A stretch of 64,000 nt of DNA, taken from assembly GCF_009914755.1 (NCBI RefSeq), contig NC_060944.1; one strand, given 5' to 3'. This document shows positions 12,716 through 26,365 of this stretch, one piece after another; the first letter of the stretch is position 1, and every line of letters begins with the position of its first letter. Under the pieces are notes generated by a model. The model did no database searches, had not been told where the DNA came from, and saw nothing but the letters and a program-made list of their open reading frames with translations. A program made the position numbers and the translations under genes. The DNA is from the human T2T-CHM13v2.0 reference genome, Homo sapiens.

Positions 12716-13729
12716 AATTATAAACCTGCAATCACAGTATAGAAATAGAATATATTATTTAGCTTTAGCTGATGATATATTACACATTTGCACATAATTA
12801 GAATTTCAAAGACTTAATTTCAGGTAAGGTAGTCTAGGACATAACAATATTGATGTAGGAAAGCCATAAGCAATGTTTATTTTCAATCAGATTTACTAGA
12901 AAAATTTTATTATACTGGTCAATTTTCTTTGCCAATATTACTGTATTCTTATTTCTAGTAATAGAAGTGTGAAAAAGCATCAGGGAAACCTAAATTGCAT
13001 TCTCATACTGACTGCATACAATAATTCTGAAAACAGCAGAAGTTGTATATATCCCCCATAAGTAAAACATGAGTAACAAAACAAAACAAAAATTAATAGG
13101 AGACAATTCAAATAATGGTGACCTGTTATTCTTGTCTAGTTAAGTACTATTCTTTTCTAATAGGAATTTGCTACTTCAAATATATTATCTGAGATGTCTA
13201 TATTTATATTTTGAGATGCTATACAAACTTGAGTCAATGACATGGAATTTTACAAACCAAGAAGCTTATTCTAGGGCCATTTCTTTTGAAGTTTTTTCTA
13301 AACTACTAAAGAGACATTAATGATCCATAAATTACATTATCTACATTTACAGCATTTAAAATGTGTTCAGCATGAAATATTAGCTACAGGGTAAGCTAAA
13401 TAAATAAAACATGGAATAAAGATTTGTCCTTAAATATGATTTACAAGAAGATTTTATATTTGTTTTTCACAAGTGAAGCATTCTTATAAAGTGTCATAAC
13501 CTTTTGGGGGAAACTCTGGGAAAAATGGAGAAACTCTGAAGGGTTTTAAGTATCTTTTCTGAAGCTTCACTCTCCATAATCTCTCTTGATAGGGAGCTCC
13601 TGCAGCTCCTACAGAAATGAGTGGCTGAGATTGTTGACTGCATAGCAGAGCTTCTCATCCAAACCCTTTCCCTTTTTAGTGTCTGTATATCAGTGGAAAA
13701 GTTCTATAAACTGTAGTTACTTGTTTTAA

Positions 13730-14130
<401 letters not shown>

Positions 14131-14794
14131 ACCTTATACTTATACTGGTTCCCGGAAGATGAAGGAAAGGTGGTGCAGATCCTCACTAGGTAATTCACCC
14201 AATGCAAGCCAGAAAATAATAGAACTCCCTCCAGTCAGTAAACTGCAGAAGCACAAGTTCAGTCAAGCCCAACTAGGTTCAACCTAGATCAGCTTGGTCT
14301 TAGATGTTTCCAAATACTTGAGCTGAAAGGATAAATGATTATTTTTTTGAGCTGTGGGGTGGTTCGTTGTGCTGCAGTTGATAACCAACACAAAATTGTA
14401 AACTCCTTCCCCTGCTTTTTGCAGATGATAAAATGAAACACAATGTCTGATAGGAGAAGCTTACAGAAGTGTTGAAGTATCTTTGCTGTCTGTGCATAAG
14501 AAAAGTTCAACACTAATGTTAAGAGACAGAAAAGACTGGGTTTAGGTGGCTTGTTAGTTTTTCTATCTGTAAACAGTACTCGATGTTCTCTATTAATCTA
14601 GGACAAAAGATGAGAACCAAACGGAAAGGATAGCATACATGATGTACTGTAGTGACATGCCAGGATACTTCTGAGTATATAAATGTCAAGAAGTGTTTTG
14701 ACTCACTCCTCTCTGCATGCCCTGCTGGAAGAAGTAAAATGTAACAGGCAAGGCTCACTTTTGTAAGTAACCACGGAAATTTTAAATGGTCCAT

Positions 14795-15010
14795 CATGGA
14801 CTGACAAACGATAGCCCGTAAGCCAAATCTAGCCTGCTACCATTTATTATTAAGTTTCACTGAAGAAGACAGCCACATCTCTCATTACATATTGCCTATT
14901 GCTGCTTTTGCTCCACATTAGCAGAGATGAGCTGTTGAGAGAGATATTAAGGCAATAAAACTTAACATACTTACTACCTGGTTCATTTTAGAAAATGTTT
15001 GCTGACCCTT
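14795..15010 (+). mobile_element. MER58A-like hAT-Charlie MITE
   Basis: caaacgatagcccgtaagccaaatctagcctgc...gaaaatgtttgctgaccctt. Confidence 0.7.
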
Positions 15011-18000
15011 GCTGTAGAGTGCTGTAGGAAGGCAAGGCTGGAAGTTGTTAGACTAGAGCAGGAAAGTACAGCTGATCATGTGAGGAAATTGTGTAGGTGT
15101 AGTTGTGGCTGTGGTTGTAGTACTGTGGTTGTACTTAACAAATGGGAAAAGAGACATGATTTCAGGGAATTCTCACTGGGGTCCATTGTGAAATTTGAGG
15201 TCAATGCTTCTGCCATTCACCTGCTCTAGAAAATTATTGAATGGCTTATCTACTTTAAAAAACCTTATTTTGATGCAGCATCTTAACAACATTAGTGTCA
15301 TCCCAAAGACTTCACTTAATTTCTAGGTAGAAATTTGAACCAAGAGAGATGGGACATTCTGGAAATGTAGCCAGGCCCAGATATATTTTGTATAAAACAT
15401 CATGTGTGTGTTTAAAAGGTATCAATCAGATTTTGCTCCAATAATGTGTATGTTTGGATCAAGCACAAAGTGTAGACATAACTACAAGGCATTTGCTGTC
15501 TGACCATATTTCAGAGCACTCTAAATTGTTCATTTGTTGTGTGCATCCTCCAGCCCTGACAAATCCCCAAGGACCAAATAAATACTACACTCCTCTCCAC
15601 TTCAAATTTCCTCTGAGTTTTACCATTCAAATTATGGTGGTGGCTGCTTTCCCCCTCTCTATTTGTTTGTCCTTTGTTTTCACACTCCTCCTGGCTGTGT
15701 AATCAATCATTCTCTCTCATTTATCACTGCCTTTCCCGGTCCTGACTATGCTATCTTCCCATTTTTGTCATGGTGCACTGGTACATTACAAATATAATTA
15801 AACTTCTTACAGCATTGCCGCTTTTGCCCAACACATCCAGCTTCAAGGTTGAAAGATTTCTAATATTACCTCCGATATCAGTTCTTTCCCATTTATTGGC
15901 AGTGTCCAGACTAATGCAGTAGTGTTGCAATAATTAAAGGAAGCATCTGGTAATACTGCTGATTTTGCCAGTTTGACACTAAATCAGGAGTCAAATGCCT
16001 GCTCATGTTTTAAGAACCATTTATCACCTGTGTCATCCCAAAGCAGCCAGCTGTCTGACCCAAGCCTCATTTGCATTTCATCAACCACAGGCTCTCTTTC
16101 CTCATCTCACTCTCATGTCTTTGTATTGCAGATTTGATTTTTTAAAGCACATTTTTCAAAGAAGGAGCTTAGCTAAAATTACTAGGCTCCACAGAAAGTT
16201 GATTTCAATACCAGACACAAGTATCCATACTGATCGTGGCCAAAATGAGTAACACAGACTATGCCTTGAATTTGTTCTTTCTCTTGGTCAGGTGATGGAG
16301 AGATGGGGAGAGCTGTAACCACTACCTCTCTCCCAAAATTGGTGCAGAAATTTTATTGATATTTGCATTTGATAGTAAATATACAAATTCATTTTCATTT
16401 TCTGATTATGAAAACAATTTATTACAGTAACAAATGAAATATATTTGATTTCATTTCATAATTCATTTTGAACTTGGCCCTCTGTTCTTCCTACTCTCTC
16501 CAATCCCACATTATATAACTTCCCTACCCACCAAAGCCTTTTAGACATATCTTGACAATGGCCCACATTTCTCAAACCAATGGAAAATCAACTAATGAAA
16601 CTGTGCAATTTGAAACTATTTCAAAATAAAATCAGCATTGATCTTCATAATTTCAAAATCTGTGTAATTAATGTACACATTTTCTTTTTTTACATATCTC
16701 TTTACTAGATCCCTCTTTTTTATCTATTGATCCAAATTTTAATCTCTTGAGAAAATTTAGCTTTTCTTCCCAAGGCAAAAATAATACTTCTGCCTTTCCT
16801 TGAAACATTTTTATAGTAAATACCTTTTCAGGAAGCTTATGCAGAATGTGTGTGTATGTGTGTGCATTGGTGAGGATTGTTGGTTGAGTTTGTGTGTATG
16901 GACAGTGGGGTGGAGGAGATTATGTTAACTCACTGTACTGTAGACTTGTTCAATCTCAATGTTTGGTGTAAACCAAATCCCTGGAGGTAACATTTTAGGG
17001 GCAATCATCCCTTTTTATGTTCTTGCTTTAAACCCAGATGGTCAGCAACAATGGACACCTGTCTCCCACTGAGACCATTTGATAAAGGTCATTTAACAGT
17101 TTTTCCTGATAATACCCTTCAGTCAACATGCGGTTGGTTTCAGATTCCACTCAGTGACCTAGAAACTTGAAAGCTCTATATCCATAACTAATCCTTTGGG
17201 ATTCTGGTCCTCAACAGGTAATTATTTCAACAAGTTTCTTTTTGAAAAGTAAATGACCTTTTGTAATTTTTATTAAATTGAATGGGAAAATAAGAATTTT
17301 GTATGTATTAAATCTAATTTACATCTCAAGCACATTTTAAGATGAATATCACTTAAATTTTAATCAACCCTGTATCATTTAGAGCACAAAAACACTTTCC
17401 AATAAACTATGTAAAAAGAGGTTTTAATTTGATTAAGTGTAATTTATTATTACGTATTTGATAATCTTCCTAATCCATTTTCAAAACACCTTACATTTTC
17501 AGAGCTGCAAAATGTGCTTCAGTAAGAAAAGTTATGTTCTAAAATCCCTTTTAATGCAGTCAGGATACTATAAATTATTGCATAAACACTGTACACTTAT
17601 TTTTCACTGACTTGAAAATGCCATATTGGTACTTCTGAACTAACATTCATCTTGCAAACAGTAAACTGGTTTTCTGTAGCTTGTATGTTGTCATATATTC
17701 ACAAAGATTTATAAAAGAAATATTTATTCTTTTACATGTTTTCATATCTCTTAATGCCTTTATTTTCTCTTTATTTTCCTTCAGATTTATGAACTAAGAC
17801 GCTAATTCTTGAAGCTGAAACTTTTTCAGTCAGCTTTTGTACATATAAATCTCGTTTTATATTACAACTTTTCCTGCCATGTTCAAGGTAATTAAAATAT
17901 GTTCACATTTTTGTAGATGGATTGTTTTGCTAATAACATTTTTGTAAACACTTTCACTACTTTAATTTGCTTTTGTATTTTTTCATAATCCTTACAATAT

Positions 18001-18190
18001 CATGAATTTTGAAAACATGGAATAAGGGCTTCTGTCATTAAGAAGAATGGGTTTAATGAAATCAGCTTATTTGACTTCTGAGTATATTTTGCCCCTCCTT
18101 AGCAAAAACATCATAAAATTGTGATAGAAGATGTTTGTTAGTTTTATGGATTGATCATTTTAAACACTGGCTGGGTATGTATATATAGTC

Positions 18191-18492
18191 TTTTTTTTTT
18201 TTTTTTTTTTTTAGACGGAGTCTCATTCTGTTGCCGAGGCTGGAGTGCAGTGGCGCAATCTCGGCTCACCGCAAGCTCCGCCCCCGGGTTCACGCCATTC
18301 TCCTGCCTCAGCCTCCCAAGTAGCTGGGACAACAGGCGCCCGCCACCATGCCCCGCTATTTTTTTTGTATTTTTCATAGAGAAGGGGTTTCACCATGTTA
18401 GCCAAGTTGATCTCTATCTCCTGACTTGGTGATCCGCCCAACTCTGCCTCCCAAATTGCTGGGATTACAGGCATGAGCCACCGTGCCCAGCC
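18191..18492 (-). mobile_element. AluY with near-perfect TSD (tatatagtc/tatgtagtc)
   Basis: Poly-T, then gcaagctccgcccccgggttcacgccattctcctgcc (AluY-type). Confidence 0.92.
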
Positions 18493-18849
18493 TATGTAGT
18501 CATTTTTTAAGATAGAATTTTAATTTTAGAATAGCTTTAGATTTCTAGAAAATTGACTATAACACAGAGTGTTCTCCCATACCCCACACTCTGTTTCCTA
18601 GCTTGGTAACTTATACTGGTATGGTACCTTTTTTGAAAATAACAAACCAATATTTCTACATGATATTAATTAAAGTCCATACATTGTTTAGATTTCCTTA
18701 GTTGTTATCAAATGTTATGATGCCATTTTGATAGGAGAAAAAAATAACTGTTTATATGTACAGATTGACCACCTCCAAAGAAAGAAGGGAGGTGAATAAT
18801 AAGAGGCTCTGATGTTTTGCTGTAATTTTGACAATCACAGTTTTAAATC

Positions 18850-19045
18850 ATGGCATTTTCCAGAATTTACTAGCTATGTAATCACAGTCACTTTACTTTG
18901 CCTCTTTAAGCCCTACTTCCTTTATGTAACAGTGAGCAAAACAATAATATATTTCTCACAGCTTGGTGATGAGCATTAAATAAAATATTGCAGATAAAGT
19001 TCTTAGTAAAGTCTGGAACATAGTTCTCAATAAATGTTGCCTATT
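18850..19045 (+). mobile_element. MIR fragment
   Basis: atttactagctatgtaatcacagtcactttac...ttctcacagcttggtgatgagcattaaata...tcaataaatgttg. Confidence 0.6.
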
Positions 19046-20431
19046 TTTGCTATTATTACCAAATTTAAAGGCTGAAGAACAAGCAGACTGACAGTATTCA
19101 GAATTACTCATAGAATGTTTGTATTGGTTCAGACTGAGGAGTATCACAGAGTCAATATTCACATTTTCTCCAGGTACAATTTGCCCCATGAGACACCTGA
19201 TATAGTAAGTAGCCCATCAGGTATCCAGCAGTAAAAACTAAATTAGAGGAGGGAAGTCCTGTCACAACTGGTTTGACATATTGTGGCTGAATTTTTAGGT
19301 GTTAGTGAAAATAATAATGATGGTTTGGTCTTCAAAGTTTTGTTTTACTATTTCCCAAGTAGCTTGGGATTATTGTAGTGTAACTACTTAAAATTCTGAT
19401 GAAATGTTGAAAGAATTAATTTTTCTAGTTGATACTTTGTGCGTGCAACTACTTTGCATTGTATATAGAGAGAAAAATATATATTCCAGGCATTCTCCAA
19501 ATTGAAAGTGGGTGAACAGGTCTCTAAATTTCCTCCTGTCCTCAGACTTGCACCATAAAGTTTCAGACCAAATAAAAATTTGTTTTTTCAATGTTTTTCT
19601 TTGAAGAGAAAAAAAGAAAGAAACAAGTGTTTTGAAGGGTAGAATTTTGGCAAATCTATCAGATTGAAAAATCCAAATGTGGATTAGCTTCAACCCATCA
19701 AAGATTCAAGAACTGCTACAGTTCTAAGAATAAGCCAAGAAATGGGTATATGTTGAGGGGTGGGAATTAGACAGGGAATTTATAGCCATTCAGATATTTT
19801 CCCAACATTAAGGCTTCACAAATTTTGCATTGGAAAGAAAGATTTATAAATTAAGAAACTCAGTATCCAGCCCACCCTAGGATAAGTGCTGCAATGTGCC
19901 CAAGAATTCCTATTTGAGTATTTCTTTGTGCTTTGCCAATCATAACAATGGGTGATAGAAGTAATAAGAACCTGCATGAAGCACTGTGCTAACGATAATG
20001 TTCCCAGTAAGAACAAAAGAGAGGCCATTACTTTTAAACATCATTGAATATAATCAAACACTGGGTAGGCTTGTCTGTATTTCGATTTTATAACTCTACA
20101 TTTATAGCTATACAATAAAAAACAGGAAGTTTCTGTCATTAAGAAAACTCTGATTGCAAATGTGAATTTCTCTAGACGGTAAATTCTTTTGAATTAGTTG
20201 ACTTCACATAAATAGATTAGTTTGGTAACACAGAGCAGACTTCTTGTAAATAGGAACAAGGATGCATTTGATCAAGATCCACTATTTTCTTATATGTATA
20301 TCCCTTTTCTGCCCTCCCTCAGAATACTATCTTTCACAAAACAACACACATCTCTTCCACCAACTTCTCCCCAGATTACTGCATATTCAATCAATGTCGA
20401 CAAACGTTAGATACAGAATGTTAAATTTCTA

Positions 20432-20496
20432 TTAGGTTGGTGCAAAAGTAGTTGTGATTAATGGCAAAAATCACAATTATTTTTGCACCAACCTAA
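20432..20496. mobile_element. MADE1 (Hsmar1-derived MITE), internally shortened, with TA target duplication
   Basis: ta|ttaggttggtgcaaaa...ttttgcaccaacctaa|ta terminal inverted repeats. Confidence 0.92.
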
Positions 20497-22588
20497 TAGT
20501 AACATTGAAAAAGAGTATTAGTTATTCAACATCAGAAAGATCTTCCGGAACAGTCATCACCACGGATGGGCTGAACTATTAATTGTAGGGCATTGTAGTA
20601 AGTTAGAATTTTATCAAATCCATAAATTAATGGATATTTTGTTAAGGGATATAACAGCCTGTAGTATAAATTTGAGCTAAACACCGTTGGGAGAACAAAA
20701 CAATAAAAAATGTAATATTTATTGCAATCACATGGTGACCCTTCCATCACACTTACAATTTTCAATGCACTTGTCTATTTATTATTTCATGTGTGGCTGA
20801 AGTAGCTGAGTGGCTGGGCCATCAGATGTCCTGTATACAGATGACTCCCTTCTACACCCCATTCTGCCATTAGTTGATGTGTATTTTACTTTTGCTTTTC
20901 CCTTCCCATTTCACTACTAGTTAAAAACCCTAATCTTGAGTTCTAAATCACACCTAGTTTTACTCATGTGTAGTTGTACCTGACAAAGAATTACACTACA
21001 TAAATTCCATCCATTAGAGGTGTGGCGGAATTGACAGAAAACCATTAACATTGATTACTTCAGTGCAGGTGGGATTGCAGATGAAGAGAAGATTTTTATG
21101 TTTTCTTTATATAATTTTACCTTATTTGTTCTAATACAAGGCTCAAGTATCATTTATAGTGAAACATTAAAACGTTCTTAAAAAGTTCAGTCCTTAATGT
21201 TCTGTAAAGGAAGCATAAACCCTTTTATTGCAACAAATGCAACAATTTATTTCATTCCTCAGATTATTGATCCTGATATAAATAAAACTGTTCAGAACTT
21301 GCACAGAGATATTTAAACAAACAAACAAAAACTAGAGAAAAAGTGAAAAAAATGATGTTTTTTAAATTACTTAAAGATTGTTGATGGACTGAAAACATCC
21401 AACTTACATCTCCTGAATTAAATCTGATATTTTCTTGGAGAGTAGTGAGGAATGGTTGAGGGTAGATAGAAAACAGAGTGTATTTTGAAAAATATAAAAT
21501 TTAAAGAAGCTTAATTTAAATGCTCCCTGTGTGTCAAAGAGCTATTAAATATAATTTTCATGATTTTAATATAAGTAAATCCGAAGAGCATATGGTCTAA
21601 GTTTCTTTTAAGTTGCACATGGATTTAAAATGAAAGGGAAAAAGATCACTTGGCAAATATGCTTTTGGTTTTGAAAAGCTTCCAAATGTTTAAAAAGTAC
21701 TTTTCAAATCAACCATAGCCGTATGAATCCAGATTTTCTCATCCTCACTATTGAAGGATAAAAAGAACTAGAATTAAGTCAAGTTGGATGGAGAGGTGAT
21801 ACATATGCTGTAAAACTAAAAATCAGTTGATTCTTTAGGGAATTGGTTAAAAAAATAAATTTGGTCTTTATGGCAATTTAACCCAAAGAATATAACACTT
21901 ATTCTTTAGCGACTTAGGATCACGGATGCTATCAATCTGTCACAAAATGATCCTATGACTATTTCCAGAATTGGAAAAGTGCAGAAGTAGAAAATGCATA
22001 TGATATTACTATTTATTTTGTTCCAAGTCTTGTTGCTATCTGTGGAAAACAGTGTTACAAAGGAATGAACATTTAGATAAATTATGGCATGAAATATCAT
22101 TTTCAATCCTTTAGGCATAGATACATGGATAATAACTGAACATCTTTGGCATCTGTCTTCCAGATACAGTGGCGAAGTGATTATTCTCTCACAGCATCTA
22201 GAAATTAAATAGATGTGTATGAACACTTTTTAAAAAATGTAAAAACATTAAATGTCAGTTATTTTGAAATGTTATTTTTTAATAAGAAGCATTTTTAATT
22301 AAAAATTAGAAAATAGGGAGCTATATTTGGACAATTAGTTACTCAGTGTTTTTTTTCCAAATAACAGATGAAATATATTTTGACGTTTTTTGTTTTAAAT
22401 AAATGCAAATATATAGATACAAAACAAATCAAACATTGCTACAAACAAAATATGTGTTGTCTGTAATTCTTAAATATTAAGTAATAATCAGTGAACTTCA
22501 ACATATGCCTTTGATGCTCCATTAAAATTCATTATAATGAATTTTGAATTAGATTCCAAAATGAACACACTATTTTCTTAGCTTTTAG

Positions 22589-23101
<513 letters not shown>

Positions 23102-23249
23102 TAATAGTTATGTGACTGAATACAGTTGATCATTTTACCAACTCTTTTCAGCAAATTTATTTTTTGTCATTTTAATTAAGTACAAATTTTGGAAGTGAAT
23201 AAATATAGATACTATAGCACATATATTTCTCAAAATATAATATATGAAG

Positions 23250-23272
23250 AGTGTGTGTGTGTGTGTGTGTGT
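23250..23272. repeat. (GT)n microsatellite
   Basis: gtgtgtgtgtgtgtgtgtgtgtg. Confidence 0.9.
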
Positions 23273-24416
23273 GCACACATTTGGGAAATAAAAGAGTATT
23301 ATATTTTACTCAAACAGCATCAAAAAAACATGCGGTCAGGTAAGTTTGATGAAGAAGGTAATATTTTAACCTAAGAATGGGAATTCTGTAAGACAATGTG
23401 TTACTTTATAGTATCAGTTATGTGACCCTTCCAAACTGATATTTTAGGTGCAATTGCACCCTCTTTGCCCTACACTCTTGGGAGAATAGAAGATTCTTCA
23501 CACTTTTCCATTCATCATCACTTCTCCTGTAGGACAGCCCAGAAATACATTTCCTGGAATATATTAAGGAAGCAAAAACAAACAAATATAGAGAAAAAAA
23601 ATGGTAAGTGTCTGGGAGGGTGAGAAATCAAATTCAGTGGGGTTTAAACTATATCCCATACAAGTACCCCAAAGTTGTGGTTTTGGAGATATTCACCTTG
23701 GACAGAGACATGGTCAAGTGATATACCCCCTTTACCTTTTTATTTTATTTTTTTAAAAAACAATACATAGCTGTATCCTTGGAAGGGAGGCAAGGAGTGC
23801 AATAGGGTGACTGTCTTTGATTTCTGTTGTGTTTCAGAGGAAGTGTAACCTTCCTAAAAGATACCTTGACATTTGTCACATTTAGCTATTTGTTCCTTTT
23901 TATTTAGGAGAAAAGCCTGAGCCTGCGTTGGCTTGGGCTCTTATTACCTTTTCTTGGGCTTCTTGGATCTCATAAATGATAACTCTACTTTTAGTATTGC
24001 CTTCTCCAAAGGAATCTGAGTACCAGCATCACCTTCATTACCCTAAAGTATGATTCTCTGCCTAAGAAAACTGCTATAGTTTATACTTACATTTACTTTA
24101 TGCCTCTCTTAATCTTTTGTGGAATACCTCTCTATCTATTCTGCATGGTAAAGTTCTAATTTATTACAACTATGAAACAGATATTTCCGAATTACTTTAT
24201 TATTGCTAAGCACAATCTGCTTTGTTAAATTATTCAATGTAAGCTTGCCTCTTCCATTAGACTTTGGGATTCCTGAGATAAGAAATTATGTTTCATTCTG
24301 AAGGTGTGCTTTAATCAATTGAAAGATGGTTTGTCCAAACATCATATAGAAGAATAGTTATTCTGTACACAGTCACCTTTAGTTGCAAGAGCAGCTAGAA
24401 ATAGGAGTTATACTAC

Positions 24417-24941
24417 TGTGATACCCTACCTTGTTTTAACCTGACTGTCTCTCTCTTAGCTGAGAGAGCCGGACAGTCTCCATTTTAGTTCCTTCACTTA
24501 CAGCCCCTTTACATCCCTCCCTTAAGGGCATACCTAGTGCAAGCTGACTCCAAGCATGTCCAGGAATGCACTTACTGATAAGATATTGAGGCAAGCTGAA
24601 CCAGCAGCTCCTGGGGACGCGCTCGTTGGATGGCATCTAAAACCCCTGCATTTATCTATTTGTGATAGGTTAAGCCCCTGCACCTGGAACTGTTTATTTT
24701 TTTCTATAACTGCTTCTGTAACCAATTATTTTTTAACTTTTTGCCAGTTCTTCTTCTGTAAAAATTTCTTCAGCTAAACTCCCCCTCCCCTATTTAGACC
24801 ACGATATAAAAAGAAATCTAGCCCCTTCTTTGGGACCAAGAGAATTTTGAGAACTAGCCATCTCTCAGTAGCCGGCTAATAAAGGACTCCTGAATTCATC
24901 TCAGAGTGTGGCATTTCTCTATAACTCACTCGGTTACAACA
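24417..24941 (+). mobile_element. Solo LTR6 (HERV-S71-type) LTR with 4-bp TSD CTAC
   Basis: ctac|TGtgataccctacc...cggttacaaCA|ctac; TATA-like tataaaa at ~24805 and AATAAA at ~24878; ends match recalled LTR6A/B. Confidence 0.85.
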
Positions 24942-25280
24942 CTACCATGACATTACGTCTCTTCCTTTATGATTATTTGGTTGTCACCTAGATGTGCTGA
25001 TTTGTGCTATATCTGTTTCTTCCAGACTCTAAGAGTTGGAGTCTTGAAATGCTTATGACTTCATACCAGTGCTTTTCTGTTTAGTAATGTTTTTATTACT
25101 TGAATTATGTTTTTATTACTTGATGATGGTTTAAACCTATAATATCGCTGACTCCTCAGCTGATTTTATCTTACCCTAGAGAGAAATTTCTTTGGTAAGA
25201 TGCCTGGGGGAGTCAGTAGTCTCAGAACTACTAATATTTAATACAATTTTAAGTTATTAATACCTCAATACCATTTTTTT

Positions 25281-25385
25281 AAATAGGAAATGTGTCACAA
25301 ATTTACATATCATCTTTGGACAGCGGCCGTGCTAATCTTATATGTGTTTTTCCCATTTCAGCATGTGTGCAACCAAAGTGAGCAT
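25281..25385 (-). pseudogene. U6 snRNA retropseudogene (diverged, near full length)
   Basis: Aligns along the reverse complement of U6 (tcacaaattt..tcatctttg..gccgtgctaatctt..gagca), preceded by a short T run. Confidence 0.85.
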
Positions 25386-25854
25386 ATTGGTACTGCTTTA
25401 AGGATTGGTGTCTCTACACTATAGTACATGTTATAGCAAGTTTAATTCTGTTTTATCCTTTCAGGAAACAGTCTTTTCAGTTTCTGAAGCTTTAAAAACA
25501 ACTTTCTTCCCACTAGGTCCTTGAGGCTCCCAAATGTGCAGCTCAGACTTTTGGTGGCTTTCTCCAGGAAAGCACGTTCCCTGACATGAAGAGTTCTGAA
25601 GGCTCAATTCCTCTTTCTAGCTTCTTCTGATCCTATCTAAATTGCCACCTGGTTATGCCCTACTATCTCACTAGTTCATTGATGCTATTAATAAAAACAT
25701 AAAAAAGAAACAAAGACACATTTTTTGTCCTATTATTAGAAGTCCAAGACTGGTGGACTGATATTAATTCTATATTGTATTATGTATAAAAGTTTGAAAT
25801 GATGTGTCCCACCACCATGTTTAAAATAAAGTATACTGTTTTCACCTATTGCTT

Positions 25855-26365
25855 AAAACTAGGAGACCACAATGGCCTCAACTTTCCCCACAGCTAGACA
25901 AAACTTTAAGCAGGTTTTCTTCTGATGCTAGGCCCCTCATTTGCATTTCCTAAGTTCACTCACTTCAGTAAAGATGAAATTGGCCCTTTGAGATGTAAAT
26001 AATTCCCTAGGCTCTGTCCAGTTTTACAACACAGAAATGTCACTCTCAAGGACCTGGGAGCTATCCCATTGAAAGATAATCATCTAGAAAGATAGCATCT
26101 CTATCTTCCAGTCTTTGGGAGAGCTTAGAAATGTAACTTTCCTAAGCCTCAATTAGTAAACACATCTGGCCTAATCACATTGACCAACCTCTCTCCTAAC
26201 ATGCAGTAGATTTCACTAGCTCATGCAAAATTATCCTGCCTTTTGCTTCAATGAGTTGAATTCAGTCTTTCTCCTCTACTGCAATAGTTTTAACCTCTTT
26301 TGAAATAGTCTTAAGTAACATTCTGTTCACCTCCTTAACAATATCTCTTGCAATTTTTCTTTGAC
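25855..26365 (+). mobile_element. MER31-like ERV1 LTR
   Basis: ctcaaggacctgggagctatcccattgaaagataatcatc...gagttgaattcagtct...tttttctttgaca. Confidence 0.65.

Noticed and set aside
20432-20496. Novel hairpin or pre-miRNA
   Set aside because: Explained by MADE1 terminal inverted repeats.
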